Source of the DNA: a virus
Taxonomy: Duplodnaviria > Heunggongvirae > Uroviricota > Caudoviricetes
Reading direction: 5' to 3' (one strand)
DNA length: 10,687 bases
IMG/VR virus record: IMGVR_UViG_2778261544_000001
Shown here: positions 1-7,123 of the stretch, piece after piece
Numbering within the stretch: the stretch's first letter is position 1
How the letters are laid out: each line of letters opens with the position of its first letter
Program-made: the position numbers and the translations under genes
The notes under the pieces: generated by a model
What the model saw: only the letters and a program-made list of their open reading frames with translations
What the model was told of the DNA's origin: nothing
Database searches by the model: none

Positions 1-195
<195 letters not shown>

Positions 196-206
196 AAGGG
201 GGATGT

Positions 207-785
207 ATGGCCATAAAAGGTCTTGAGCAGGCCGTTGAAAACCTCAGCCGTATCAGCAGAACGGCGGTGCCCGGTGCCGCCGCAATGGCCATTAACCGCG
301 TTGCTTCATCCGCGATATCGCAGTCTGCGTCACAGGTTGCCCGTGAGACAAGGGTACGCCGGAAACTGGTAAAGGAAAGGGCCAGGCTGAAAAGGGCCAC
401 GGTTAAAAATCCGCAGGCCAGAATCAAGGTTAACCGGGGGGATTTGCCCGTAATCAGGCTGGGTAACGCGCGGGTTGTCCTGTCCCGACACAGGCGTCGT
501 AAAAAGGGGCAGCGTTCATCCCTGAAAGGTGGCGGCAGCGTGCTTGTGGTGGGAAACCGTCGTATTCCCGGCGCGTTTATTCAGCAACTGAAAAATGGCC
601 GCTGGCATGTCATGCAGCGTGTGGCCGGGAAAAACCGTTACCCCATTGATGTGGTGAAAATCCCGATGGCGGTGCCGCTTACCACGGCGTTTAAACAGAA
701 TATTGAGCGGATACGGCGTGAGCGTCTTCCGAAAGAGCTGGGCTATGCGCTGCAGCATCAACTGAGGATGGTAATAAAGCGATGA
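207..785 (+). CDS. Z: Tail completion protein Z (minor tail protein)
   Basis: 192-aa ORF with ATG at 207 preceded by a G-rich SD (GGGGG at 198-202). The translation (MAIKGLEQAVENLSRISRTAVPGAAAMAINRVASS...) is near-identical to lambda gpZ as recalled and has the same length. The TGA stop overlaps the U start (ATGA at 782-785). Confidence 0.93.
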   Translation: MAIKGLEQAVENLSRISRTAVPGAAAMAINRVASSAISQSASQVARETRVRRKLVKERARLKRATVKNPQARIKVNRGDLPVIRLGNARVVLSRHRRRKKGQRSSLKGGGSVLVVGNRRIPGAFIQQLKNGRWHVMQRVAGKNRYPIDVVKIPMAVPLTTAFKQNIERIRRERLPKELGYALQHQLRMVIKR

Positions 786-1177
786 AACATACTGAACTCC
801 GTGCAGCCGTACTGGATGCACTGGAGAAGCATGACACAGGGGCGACGCTTTTTGATGGTCGCCCCGCTGTTTTTGATGAGGAAGATTTTCCGGCAATTGC
901 CGTTTATCTCACCGGCGCTGAATACACGGGCGAAGAGCTGGACAGCGATACCTGGCAGGCGGAGCTGCATATTGAAGTTTTCCTGCCTGCTCAGGTGCCG
1001 GATTCAGAGCTGGATTCGTGGATGGAGTCCCGGATTTATCCGGTGATGAGCGATATCCCGGCACTGTCAGAGTTGATCACCAGTATGGTGGCCAGTGGCT
1101 ATGACTATCGACGCGACGATGATGCGGGCCTGTGGAGTTCAGCCGATCTGACTTATGTCATTACCTATGAAATGTGA
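782..1177 (+). CDS. U: Tail terminator protein U (tail tube terminator)
   Basis: 131-aa ORF ([48 protein letters not shown]...) matching lambda gpU in sequence and length. Its start overlaps the Z stop (ATGA), suggesting translational coupling. Confidence 0.93.
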   Translation: MKHTELRAAVLDALEKHDTGATLFDGRPAVFDEEDFPAIAVYLTGAEYTGEELDSDTWQAELHIEVFLPAQVPDSELDSWMESRIYPVMSDIPALSELITSMVASGYDYRRDDDAGLWSSADLTYVITYEM

Positions 1178-1184
1178 GGACGAT

Positions 1185-1925
1185 ATGCCTGTACCAAATC
1201 CTACAATGCCGGTGAAAGGGGCCGGGACCACACTGTGGGTTTATAAGGGGAACGGTGACCCTTATGCGAACCCGCTTTCAGACGTTGACTGGTCGCGTCT
1301 GGCAAAAGTTAAAGACCTGACGCCCGGCGAACTGACCGCTGAGTCCTATGACGACAGTTATCTCGATGATGAAGATGCGGACTGGACTGCGACCGGGCAG
1401 GGGCAGAAATCTGCCGGAGATACCAGCTTCACGCTGGCGTGGATGCCCGGAGAGCAGGGGCAGCAGGCGCTGCTGGCGTGGTTTAATGAAGGCGATACCC
1501 GTGCCTATAAAATCCGCTTCCCGAACGGCACGGTCGATGTGTTCCGTGGCTGGGTCAGCAGTATCGGTAAGGCGGTGACGGCGAAGGAAGTGATCACCCG
1601 CACGGTGAAAGTCACCAATGTGGGACGTCCGTCGATGGCAGAAGATCGCAGCACGGTAACAGCGGCAACCGGCATGACCGTGACGCCTGCCAGCACCTCG
1701 GTGGTGAAAGGGCAGAGCACCACGCTGACCGTGGCCTTCCAGCCGGAGGGCGCAACCGACAAGAGCTTCCGTGCGGTGTCAGCGGATAAAACAAAAGCCA
1801 CCGTGTCGGTCAGTGGTATGACCATCACTGTGAAAGGCGTCGCTGCAGGTAAGGTCAACATTCCGGTTGTATCCGGTAATGGTGAACTTGCTGCGGTTGC
1901 AGAAATCAACGTCACCGCCAGTTAA
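1185..1925 (+). CDS. V: Major tail tube protein V, with a C-terminal Ig-like domain
   Basis: 246-aa product from ATG 1185, preceded by GAGGA (1175-1179). [22 protein letters not shown]... matches lambda gpV. The track ORF begins earlier at 1155 inside U, but 1185 has the SD and gives the canonical length. TAA at 1923-1925. Confidence 0.94.
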   Translation: MPVPNPTMPVKGAGTTLWVYKGNGDPYANPLSDVDWSRLAKVKDLTPGELTAESYDDSYLDDEDADWTATGQGQKSAGDTSFTLAWMPGEQGQQALLAWFNEGDTRAYKIRFPNGTVDVFRGWVSSIGKAVTAKEVITRTVKVTNVGRPSMAEDRSTVTAATGMTVTPASTSVVKGQSTTLTVAFQPEGATDKSFRAVSADKTKATVSVSGMTITVKGVAAGKVNIPVVSGNGELAAVAEINVTAS

Positions 1926-1940
1926 TCCGGAGAGTCAGCG

Positions 1941-2363
1941 ATGTTCCTGAAAACCGAATCATTTGAACATAACGGTGTGACCGTCACGCTTTCTGAACTG
2001 TCAGCCCTGCAGCGTATTGAGCATCTTGCCTGGTTGAAAGAGCAGGAAAAAAAGGCTGAATCCAGTGGCAACCTGCAGGTGTCTGTAGAGGATCTTATCA
2101 GAGGCGGGGCGTTTCTGGTGGCGATGTCTCTGTGGCATAACCATCCGCAGAAGACAAAGCTGCCGTCCATGAATGAAGCCATTACGCAGATTGAGCAGGA
2201 AGTGCTTACCACCTGGCCCACGGAGGCAATTGCTCAGGCTGAAAACGTGGTGTTACGTCTGTCCGGAATGTCTGAGTTTGTTGTGAATAATGCCCCTGAA
2301 CAGGCAGATGACGCCGGGCCTGCAGAGCCTGTTTCTGCGGGAAAGTGTTCGACGGTGAGCTGA
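1941..2363 (+). CDS. G: Tail assembly chaperone G (zero-frame product)
   Basis: 140-aa ORF with ATG 1941 preceded by GGAGAG (1929-1934). MFLKTESFEHNGVTVTLSELSALQRIEHLAWLKEQEKK... matches lambda gpG. The slippery heptamer GGGAAAG lies at 2339-2345 near its 3' end. TGA at 2361-2363. Confidence 0.92.
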   Translation: MFLKTESFEHNGVTVTLSELSALQRIEHLAWLKEQEKKAESSGNLQVSVEDLIRGGAFLVAMSLWHNHPQKTKLPSMNEAITQIEQEVLTTWPTEAIAQAENVVLRLSGMSEFVVNNAPEQADDAGPAEPVSAGKCSTVS

Positions 2364-2779
2364 GTTTTGCCCTGAAACTGGCGCGTGAAATGGGGCGACC
2401 CGACTGGCGCGCCATGCTTGCCGGGATGTCATCCACGGAGTATGCCGACTGGCACCGCTTTTACAGTACCCATTATTTTCATGATGTTCTGCTGGATATG
2501 CACTTTTCCGGGCTGACGTACACCGTGCTCAGCCTGTTTTTCAGCGATCCGGATATGCATCCGCTGGATTTCAGTCTGCTGAACCGGCGCGAGGCTGACG
2601 AAGAGCCTGAAGATGATGTGCTGATGCAGAAAGCGGCAGGGCTTGCCGGAGGCGTTCGTTTTGGCCCGGACGGGAATGAAGTTATCCCCGCTTCCCCGGA
2701 TGTGGCGGACATGACGGAGGATGACGTAATGCTGATGACAGTATCAGAAGGGATCGCAGGAGGAGTCCGGTATGGCTGA
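1941..2779 (+). CDS. T: Tail assembly chaperone G-T fusion, made by programmed -1 ribosomal frameshift at 2339-2345 (about 279 aa)
   Basis: The -1 frame ORF (track 2345..2779) has no independent SD or ATG; the track's start is a GTG inside the slippery site. It overlaps the end of G by 19 nt and ends at TGA 2777-2779, overlapping the H start. The arrangement and the heptamer G GGA AAG are the same as the lambda G/GT frameshift. Confidence 0.85.
2339..2345 (+). promoter_or_regulatory. Slippery heptanucleotide GGGAAAG (X XXY YYZ) for the G to G-T -1 frameshift
   Basis: Read directly: in the G frame the codons are GCG GGA AAG (2337-2345). Slipping back one base gives GGG AAA G and continues into the 144-codon T frame. 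Confidence 0.85.
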
Positions 2780-5351
2780 ACCGGTAGGCGATCTGGTCGT
2801 TGATTTAAGTCTGGATGCGGCCAGATTTGACGAGCAGATGGCCAGAGTCAGGCGTCATTTTTCCGGTACGGAAAGTGATGCGAAAAAAACAGCGGCAGTC
2901 GTTGAACAGTCGATGAACCGACAGGCGCTGGCTGCACAGAAAGCGGGGATTTCCGTCGGGCAGTATAAAGCCGCCATGCGTATGCTGCCTGCGCAGTTCA
3001 CCGACGTGGCCACACAGCTTGCAGGGGGGCAGAATCCGTGGCTGATCCTGCTGCAACAGGGTGGTCAGGTGAAGGACTCCTTCGGCGGGATGATCCCCAT
3101 GTTCAGGGGGCTTGCCGGCGCGATCACCCTGCCGATGGTTGGTATCACTTCGCTGGCGGTGGCGACCGGTGCGCTGGCGTATGCCTGGTATCAGGGTGAC
3201 TCAACCCTGTCCGATTTCAATAAAACGCTGGTCCTTTCCGGTAATCAGGCGGGACTGACGGCAGATCGTATGTTGGTCCTGTCCAGAACCGGGCAGGCGG
3301 CAGGGCTGACGTTTAACCAGACCAGCGAGTCACTGACGGCGCTGGTGAATGCCGGTGTGCGTGGTGGTGAGCAGTTTGAGGCAATCAGCCAGAGTGTGGC
3401 GCGTTTCTCCTCTGCATCCGGCGTGGAGGTGGACAAGGTCGCTGAAGCCTTCGGGAAGCTGACCACAGACCCGACGTCGGGGCTGACGGCGATGGCGCGC
3501 CAGTTCCATAACGTGACGGCGGAGCAGATTGCGTATGTTGCTCAGTTGCAGCGTTCCGGCGATGAAGCCGGGGCATTGCAGGCGGCGAACGAGGCCGCAA
3601 CGAAAGGGTTTGATGACCAGACCCGTAAACTGAAAGATAACATGGGTACGCTGGAGACCTGGGCAGACAAGACTGCACAGGCATTCAAATCCATGTGGGA
3701 TGCGGTGCTGGATATTGGCCGCCCGGACTCCTCTGCTGATATGCTCGCCAAAGCTGAAAAAGCTTTTGATGAAGCGGATAAAAAATGGCAGTGGTATCAG
3801 AGCCGGAGCCACCGGCGCGGTAAAACGTCAGCATTTCTTGCCAATCTTCGGGGGGCATGGGAGAAGAGAGAGAATGCGCGACTTGGGCTTTCAGCCGCCA
3901 CGTTGCAGGCAGATCTTGAAAAGGCCAGTGAGATGGCAGCAAAAGATCGGGCCGAGTCTGAGGCATCACGGCTGAAATATACCGAAGAGGCGCAGAAGGC
4001 TTACGAACAGCTGCAGACGCCGCTGGAGAAATATACCGCCCGTCAGGAAGAACTGAACAAGGCACTGAAAGACGGGAAAATCCTGCAGGCAGATTACAAC
4101 ACGCTGATGGCAGCGGCGAAAAAGGATTATGAATCGGCGCTGAAAAAGCCGAAACAGTCCGGCGTGAGGGGGGCTGCGGGCGATCGTCAGGAAGACAGTG
4201 CTCATGCTGCCCTGCTGACGCTTCAGGCAGAACTCCGGACGCTGGAGAAGCATGCCGGAGCAAATGAGAAAATCAGCCAGCAGCGCCGGGATTTGTGGAA
4301 GGCGGAGAGTCAGTTCGCGGTACTGGAGGAGGCGGCGCAACGTCGCCAGCTGTCTGCACAGGAGAAATCCCTGCTGGCGCATAAAGATGAGACGCTGGAG
4401 TACAAACGCCAGCTGGCTGCACTTGGCGACAAGGTTACGTATCAGGAGCGCCTGAACGCGCTGGCGCAGCAGGCGGATAAATTCGCACAGCAGCAACGGG
4501 CAAAACGGGCCGCCATTGATGCGAAAAGCCGGGGGCTGACTGGCCGGCAGGCAGAACGGGAAGCCACGGAACAGCGCCTGAAGGAACAGTATGGCGATAA
4601 TCCGCTGGCGCTGAATAACGTCATGTCAGAGCAGAAAAAGACCTGGGCGGCTGAAGACCAGCTTCGCGGGAGCTGGATGGCAGGTCTGAAGTCCGGCTGG
4701 AGTGAGTGGGAAGAGAGCGCCACGGACAGTATGTCGCAGGTAAAAAGTGCAGCCACGCAGACCTTTGATGGTATTGCACAGAATATGGCGGCGATGCTGA
4801 CCGGCAGTGAGCAGAACTGGCGCAGCTTCACCCGTTCCGTGCTGTCCATGATGACAGAAATTCTGCTTAAGCAGGCAATGGTGGGGATTGTCGGGAGTAT
4901 CGGCAGCGCCATTGGCGGGGCTGTTGGTGGCGGCTCATCAGCGTCAGGTGGTGCAGCCATTCAGGCAGCTGCGGCGAAACTCCATTTTGCGACCGGAGGA
5001 TTTACGGGAACCGGTGGCAAATATGAACCTGCCGGGATTGTTCACCGTGGTGAATTTGTCTTCACGAAGGAGGCAACCAGCCGGATTGGCGTGGGGAATC
5101 TTTACCGGCTGATGCGCGGCTATGCCACCGGCGGTTATGTCGGTACACCGGGCAGCATGGCGGACAGTCGGTCGCAGGCGTCCGGGAAGTTTGAGCAGAA
5201 TAACCATGTGGTGATTAACAACGACGGCACGAACGGTCAGATAGGGCCACAGGCGCTGAAGGCGGTTTATGACGTAGCCCGTAAGGCGGCAATGGATGTT
5301 GTGACCGGGCAGATGCGTGATGGTGGTCTGTTCTCCGGAGGTGGACGATGA
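2772..5351 (+). CDS. H: Tail tape measure protein H (tail length determinant)
   Basis: 859-aa ORF with ATG 2772 preceded by AGGAGGAG (2758-2765). MAEPVGDLVVDLSLDAARFDEQMARVRRHFSG... matches lambda gpH. It has a long Ala/Gln/Glu/Lys/Arg-rich helical middle, a Gly-rich hydrophobic segment near the C-terminus (about 4878-5017), and ends ...GGLFSGGGR. TGA at 5349-5351 overlaps the M start. Confidence 0.95.
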   Translation: MAEPVGDLVVDLSLDAARFDEQMARVRRHFSGTESDAKKTAAVVEQSMNRQALAAQKAGISVGQYKAAMRMLPAQFTDVATQLAGGQNPWLILLQQGGQVKDSFGGMIPMFRGLAGAITLPMVGITSLAVATGALAYAWYQGDSTLSDFNKTLVLSGNQAGLTADRMLVLSRTGQAAGLTFNQTSESLTALVNAGVRGGEQFEAISQSVARFSSASGVEVDKVAEAFGKLTTDPTSGLTAMARQFHNVTAEQIAYVAQLQRSGDEAGALQAANEAATKGFDDQTRKLKDNMGTLETWADKTAQAFKSMWDAVLDIGRPDSSADMLAKAEKAFDEADKKWQWYQSRSHRRGKTSAFLANLRGAWEKRENARLGLSAATLQADLEKASEMAAKDRAESEASRLKYTEEAQKAYEQLQTPLEKYTARQEELNKALKDGKILQADYNTLMAAAKKDYESALKKPKQSGVRGAAGDRQEDSAHAALLTLQAELRTLEKHAGANEKISQQRRDLWKAESQFAVLEEAAQRRQLSAQEKSLLAHKDETLEYKRQLAALGDKVTYQERLNALAQQADKFAQQQRAKRAAIDAKSRGLTGRQAEREATEQRLKEQYGDNPLALNNVMSEQKKTWAAEDQLRGSWMAGLKSGWSEWEESATDSMSQVKSAATQTFDGIAQNMAAMLTGSEQNWRSFTRSVLSMMTEILLKQAMVGIVGSIGSAIGGAVGGGSSASGGAAIQAAAAKLHFATGGFTGTGGKYEPAGIVHRGEFVFTKEATSRIGVGNLYRLMRGYATGGYVGTPGSMADSRSQASGKFEQNNHVVINNDGTNGQIGPQALKAVYDVARKAAMDVVTGQMRDGGLFSGGGR

Positions 5352-5677
5352 AAACCTTCCGCTGGAAAGTGAAACCCGGTATGGATGTGGCTTCGGCCCC
5401 TTCTGTAAGAAAGGTGCGCTTTGGTGATGGCTATTCCCAGCGAGCGCCTGCCGGGCTGAATGCCAACCTGAAAACGTACAGCGTGACGCTTTCTGTCCCC
5501 CGTGAGGAGGCCACGGTACTGGAGTCGTTTCTGGAAGAGCACGGGGGCTGGAAAGCCTTTCTGTGGACGCCGCCTTATGAGTGGCGGCAGATAAAGGTGA
5601 CCTGCGCAAAATGGTCGTCGCGGGTCAGTATGCTGCGTGTTGAGTTCAGCGCAGAGTTTGAACAGGTGGTGAACTGA
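5348..5677 (+). CDS. M: Tail tip assembly protein M (minor tail protein)
   Basis: 109-aa ORF (MKTFRWKVKPGMDVAS...EFSAEFEQVVN) matching lambda gpM in sequence and length. ATGA overlap with the H stop; GGAGGTGG lies upstream at 5337-5344. Confidence 0.92.
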   Translation: MKTFRWKVKPGMDVASAPSVRKVRFGDGYSQRAPAGLNANLKTYSVTLSVPREEATVLESFLEEHGGWKAFLWTPPYEWRQIKVTCAKWSSRVSMLRVEFSAEFEQVVN

Positions 5678-6375
5678 TGCAGGATATCCGGCAGGAAACG
5701 CTGAATGAATGCACTCGTGCGGAGCAGTCGGCCAGCGTGGTGCTCTGGGAAATCGATCTGACAGAGGTCGGTGGAGAACGTTATTTTTTCTGTAATGAGC
5801 AGAACGAAAAAGGTGAGCCGGTCACCTGGCAGGGGAGGCAGTATCAGGCGTATCCCATTCAGGGGAGCGGTTTTGAACTGAATGGCAAAGGCACCAGTAC
5901 GCGGCCCACGCTGACGGTTTCTAACCTGTACGGTATGGTCACCGGGATGGCGGAAGATCTGCAGAGTCTGGTCGGCGGAACGGTGGTCCGGCGTAAGGTT
6001 TACGCCCGTTTTCTGGATGCGGTGAACTTCGTCAACGGAAACAGAGACGCCGATCCGGAGCAGGAGGTGATCAGCCGCTGGCGCATCGAGCAGTGCAGCG
6101 AACTGAGCGCGGTCAGTGCCTCTTTTGTACTGTCCACACCGAATGAAACGGATGGCTCTGTTTTTCCGGGGCGTATCATGCTGGCCAACACCTGCACCTG
6201 GACCTATCGCGGCGATGAGTGCGGTTATAGCGGTCCGGCGGTCGCGGATGAATATGACCAGCCGACGTCCGATATCACGAAGGATAAATGCAGCAAATGC
6301 CTGAGCGGCTGTAAGTTTCGCAATAACGTCGGCAACTTTGGCGGCTTCCTTTCCATTAACAAACTTTCGCAGTAA
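5677..6375 (+). CDS. L: Tail tip protein L (minor tail protein with a C-terminal Cys cluster)
   Basis: 232-aa ORF (MQDIRQETLNECTRAEQSASVVLWEIDLTEVGGERYFFCNEQNEKGEP...) matching lambda gpL. The start overlaps the M stop (TGATG at 5675-5679). The C-terminal region carries clustered cysteines. TAA at 6373-6375. Confidence 0.92.
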   Translation: MQDIRQETLNECTRAEQSASVVLWEIDLTEVGGERYFFCNEQNEKGEPVTWQGRQYQAYPIQGSGFELNGKGTSTRPTLTVSNLYGMVTGMAEDLQSLVGGTVVRRKVYARFLDAVNFVNGNRDADPEQEVISRWRIEQCSELSAVSASFVLSTPNETDGSVFPGRIMLANTCTWTYRGDECGYSGPAVADEYDQPTSDITKDKCSKCLSGCKFRNNVGNFGGFLSINKLSQ

Positions 6376-6379
6376 TCCC

Positions 6380-7123
6380 ATGACAGAGACAGAATCAGCG
6401 ATTCTGGCGCACGCCCGGCGATGTGCGCCAGCGGAGTCGTGCGGCTTCGTGGTGAGAGCGCCGGAGGGGGAAAGATATTTTCCCTGCGTGAATATTTCCG
6501 GTGAGCCGGAGGATTATTTCCGGATGGCTCCGGAGGACTGGCTGCAGGCAGAGATGCAGGGTGAGATTGTGACACTGGTCCACAGTCATCCCGGTGGTCT
6601 GCCCTGGCTGAGTGAGGCTGACCGGCGGCTGCAGGTGCAGAGTGATTTGCCGTGGTGGCTGGTCTGCCGGGGGGCGATTCACAAGTTCCGCTGTGTGCCG
6701 CATCTCACCGGGCGTCGCTTTGAGCACGGGGTGACGGACTGTTACACGCTGTTCCGGGATGCTTATCATCTGGCGGGGATTGAGATGCCGGATTTTCATC
6801 GCGGGGATGACTGGTGGCGTAACGGTCAGAATCTCTATCTTGACAATATGGAGGCGACTGGTTTTTACCGTGTCGCACTGACAGAGGCGCAGCCTGGCGA
6901 CGTGCTGCTGTGCTGCTTTGGTTCATCGGTGCCGAATCATGCCGCAATTTACTGCGGCGACGGCGAGCTGCTGCACCATATTCCTGAACAACTGAGTAAA
7001 CGAGAGAGGTATACCGACAAATGGCAGCGACGCACACACTCCCTCTGGCGTCACCGGGAATGGCACGCATCTGCCTTTACGGGGATTTGCAACGATTTGG
7101 CCGCCGCATCGACCTTCGTGTGA
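6380..7123 (+). CDS. K: Tail tip assembly protein K, a two-domain peptidase-like protein (JAB/MPN JAMM domain plus NlpC/P60 domain)
   Basis: 247-aa product from ATG 6380 (MTETESAILAHARRCAPAESCGFVV...), 5 nt after the L stop. It contains a JAMM-type motif H-S-H-x7-S-x2-D (HSHPGGLPWLSEAD, nt 6581-6622) with an upstream E-x2-G (ESCG, Glu at 6434-6436), and a downstream Cys (TDCYTL, 6740-6742) plus His residues typical of NlpC/P60. The start is ambiguous: the ATG at 6524 has a strong SD (GGAGGA at 6508-6513), while 6380 has none. The 3' end overlaps I by 103 nt. Confidence 0.8.
   Translation: MTETESAILAHARRCAPAESCGFVVRAPEGERYFPCVNISGEPEDYFRMAPEDWLQAEMQGEIVTLVHSHPGGLPWLSEADRRLQVQSDLPWWLVCRGAIHKFRCVPHLTGRRFEHGVTDCYTLFRDAYHLAGIEMPDFHRGDDWWRNGQNLYLDNMEATGFYRVALTEAQPGDVLLCCFGSSVPNHAAIYCGDGELLHHIPEQLSKRERYTDKWQRRTHSLWRHREWHASAFTGICNDLAAASTFV

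Noticed and set aside
801-1046. 81-aa alternative-frame + strand ORF inside U
   Set aside because: It is wholly nested in U in another frame with no SD; likely chance.
1155-1184. Upstream extension of V to the ATG at 1155 (256-aa form in the track)
   Set aside because: This ATG lies inside the 3' end of U with no SD, whereas ATG 1185 is preceded by GAGGA and yields the canonical 246-aa V beginning [12 protein letters not shown].
2114-2121. Possible Chi recombination hotspot (GCTGGTGG)
   Set aside because: A manual scan found only near-matches (TCTGGTGG at 2114-2121; ACTGGTGG at 8112-8119) and no exact Chi octamer on either strand. This fits wild-type lambda-like DNA lacking Chi, but the scan was by eye and should be repeated computationally.
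2345-2779. T frame as a free-standing gene initiating at GTG 2345
   Set aside because: The apparent GTG is part of the slippery heptamer and no SD precedes it. The frame is best explained as the -1 extension of G (G-T fusion).
3700-3975. 91-aa + strand ORF in an alternative frame inside H (very basic, Arg/Lys-rich)
   Set aside because: It is embedded in the GA-rich helical coding region of H, where the +1 frame is statistically prone to staying open. It has no SD and its composition suggests an artefact. It coincides with the possibly divergent H segment, but I found no evidence that it is a real embedded gene.
3330-5609. Series of minus-strand ORFs inside H (3330..3812, 3385..3684, 3685..4263, 3966..4496, 4442..4960, 4944..5609)
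   Set aside because: All are antisense to the tape measure gene. Long antisense ORFs are expected in GC-rich coding sequence with a biased codon third position. Their compositions are Arg/Pro/Ser/Cys-rich and not protein-like.
6338-6379. Upstream extension of K to the ATG at 6338 (261-aa form in the track)
   Set aside because: It would begin inside the L coding region, 38 nt before the L stop, with no SD. The homology-supported N-terminus MTETES... begins at 6380.
5575-6381. 268-aa minus-strand ORF antisense to M and L
   Set aside because: Antisense shadow of well-supported + strand genes; Arg-rich composition with no recognisable domain.
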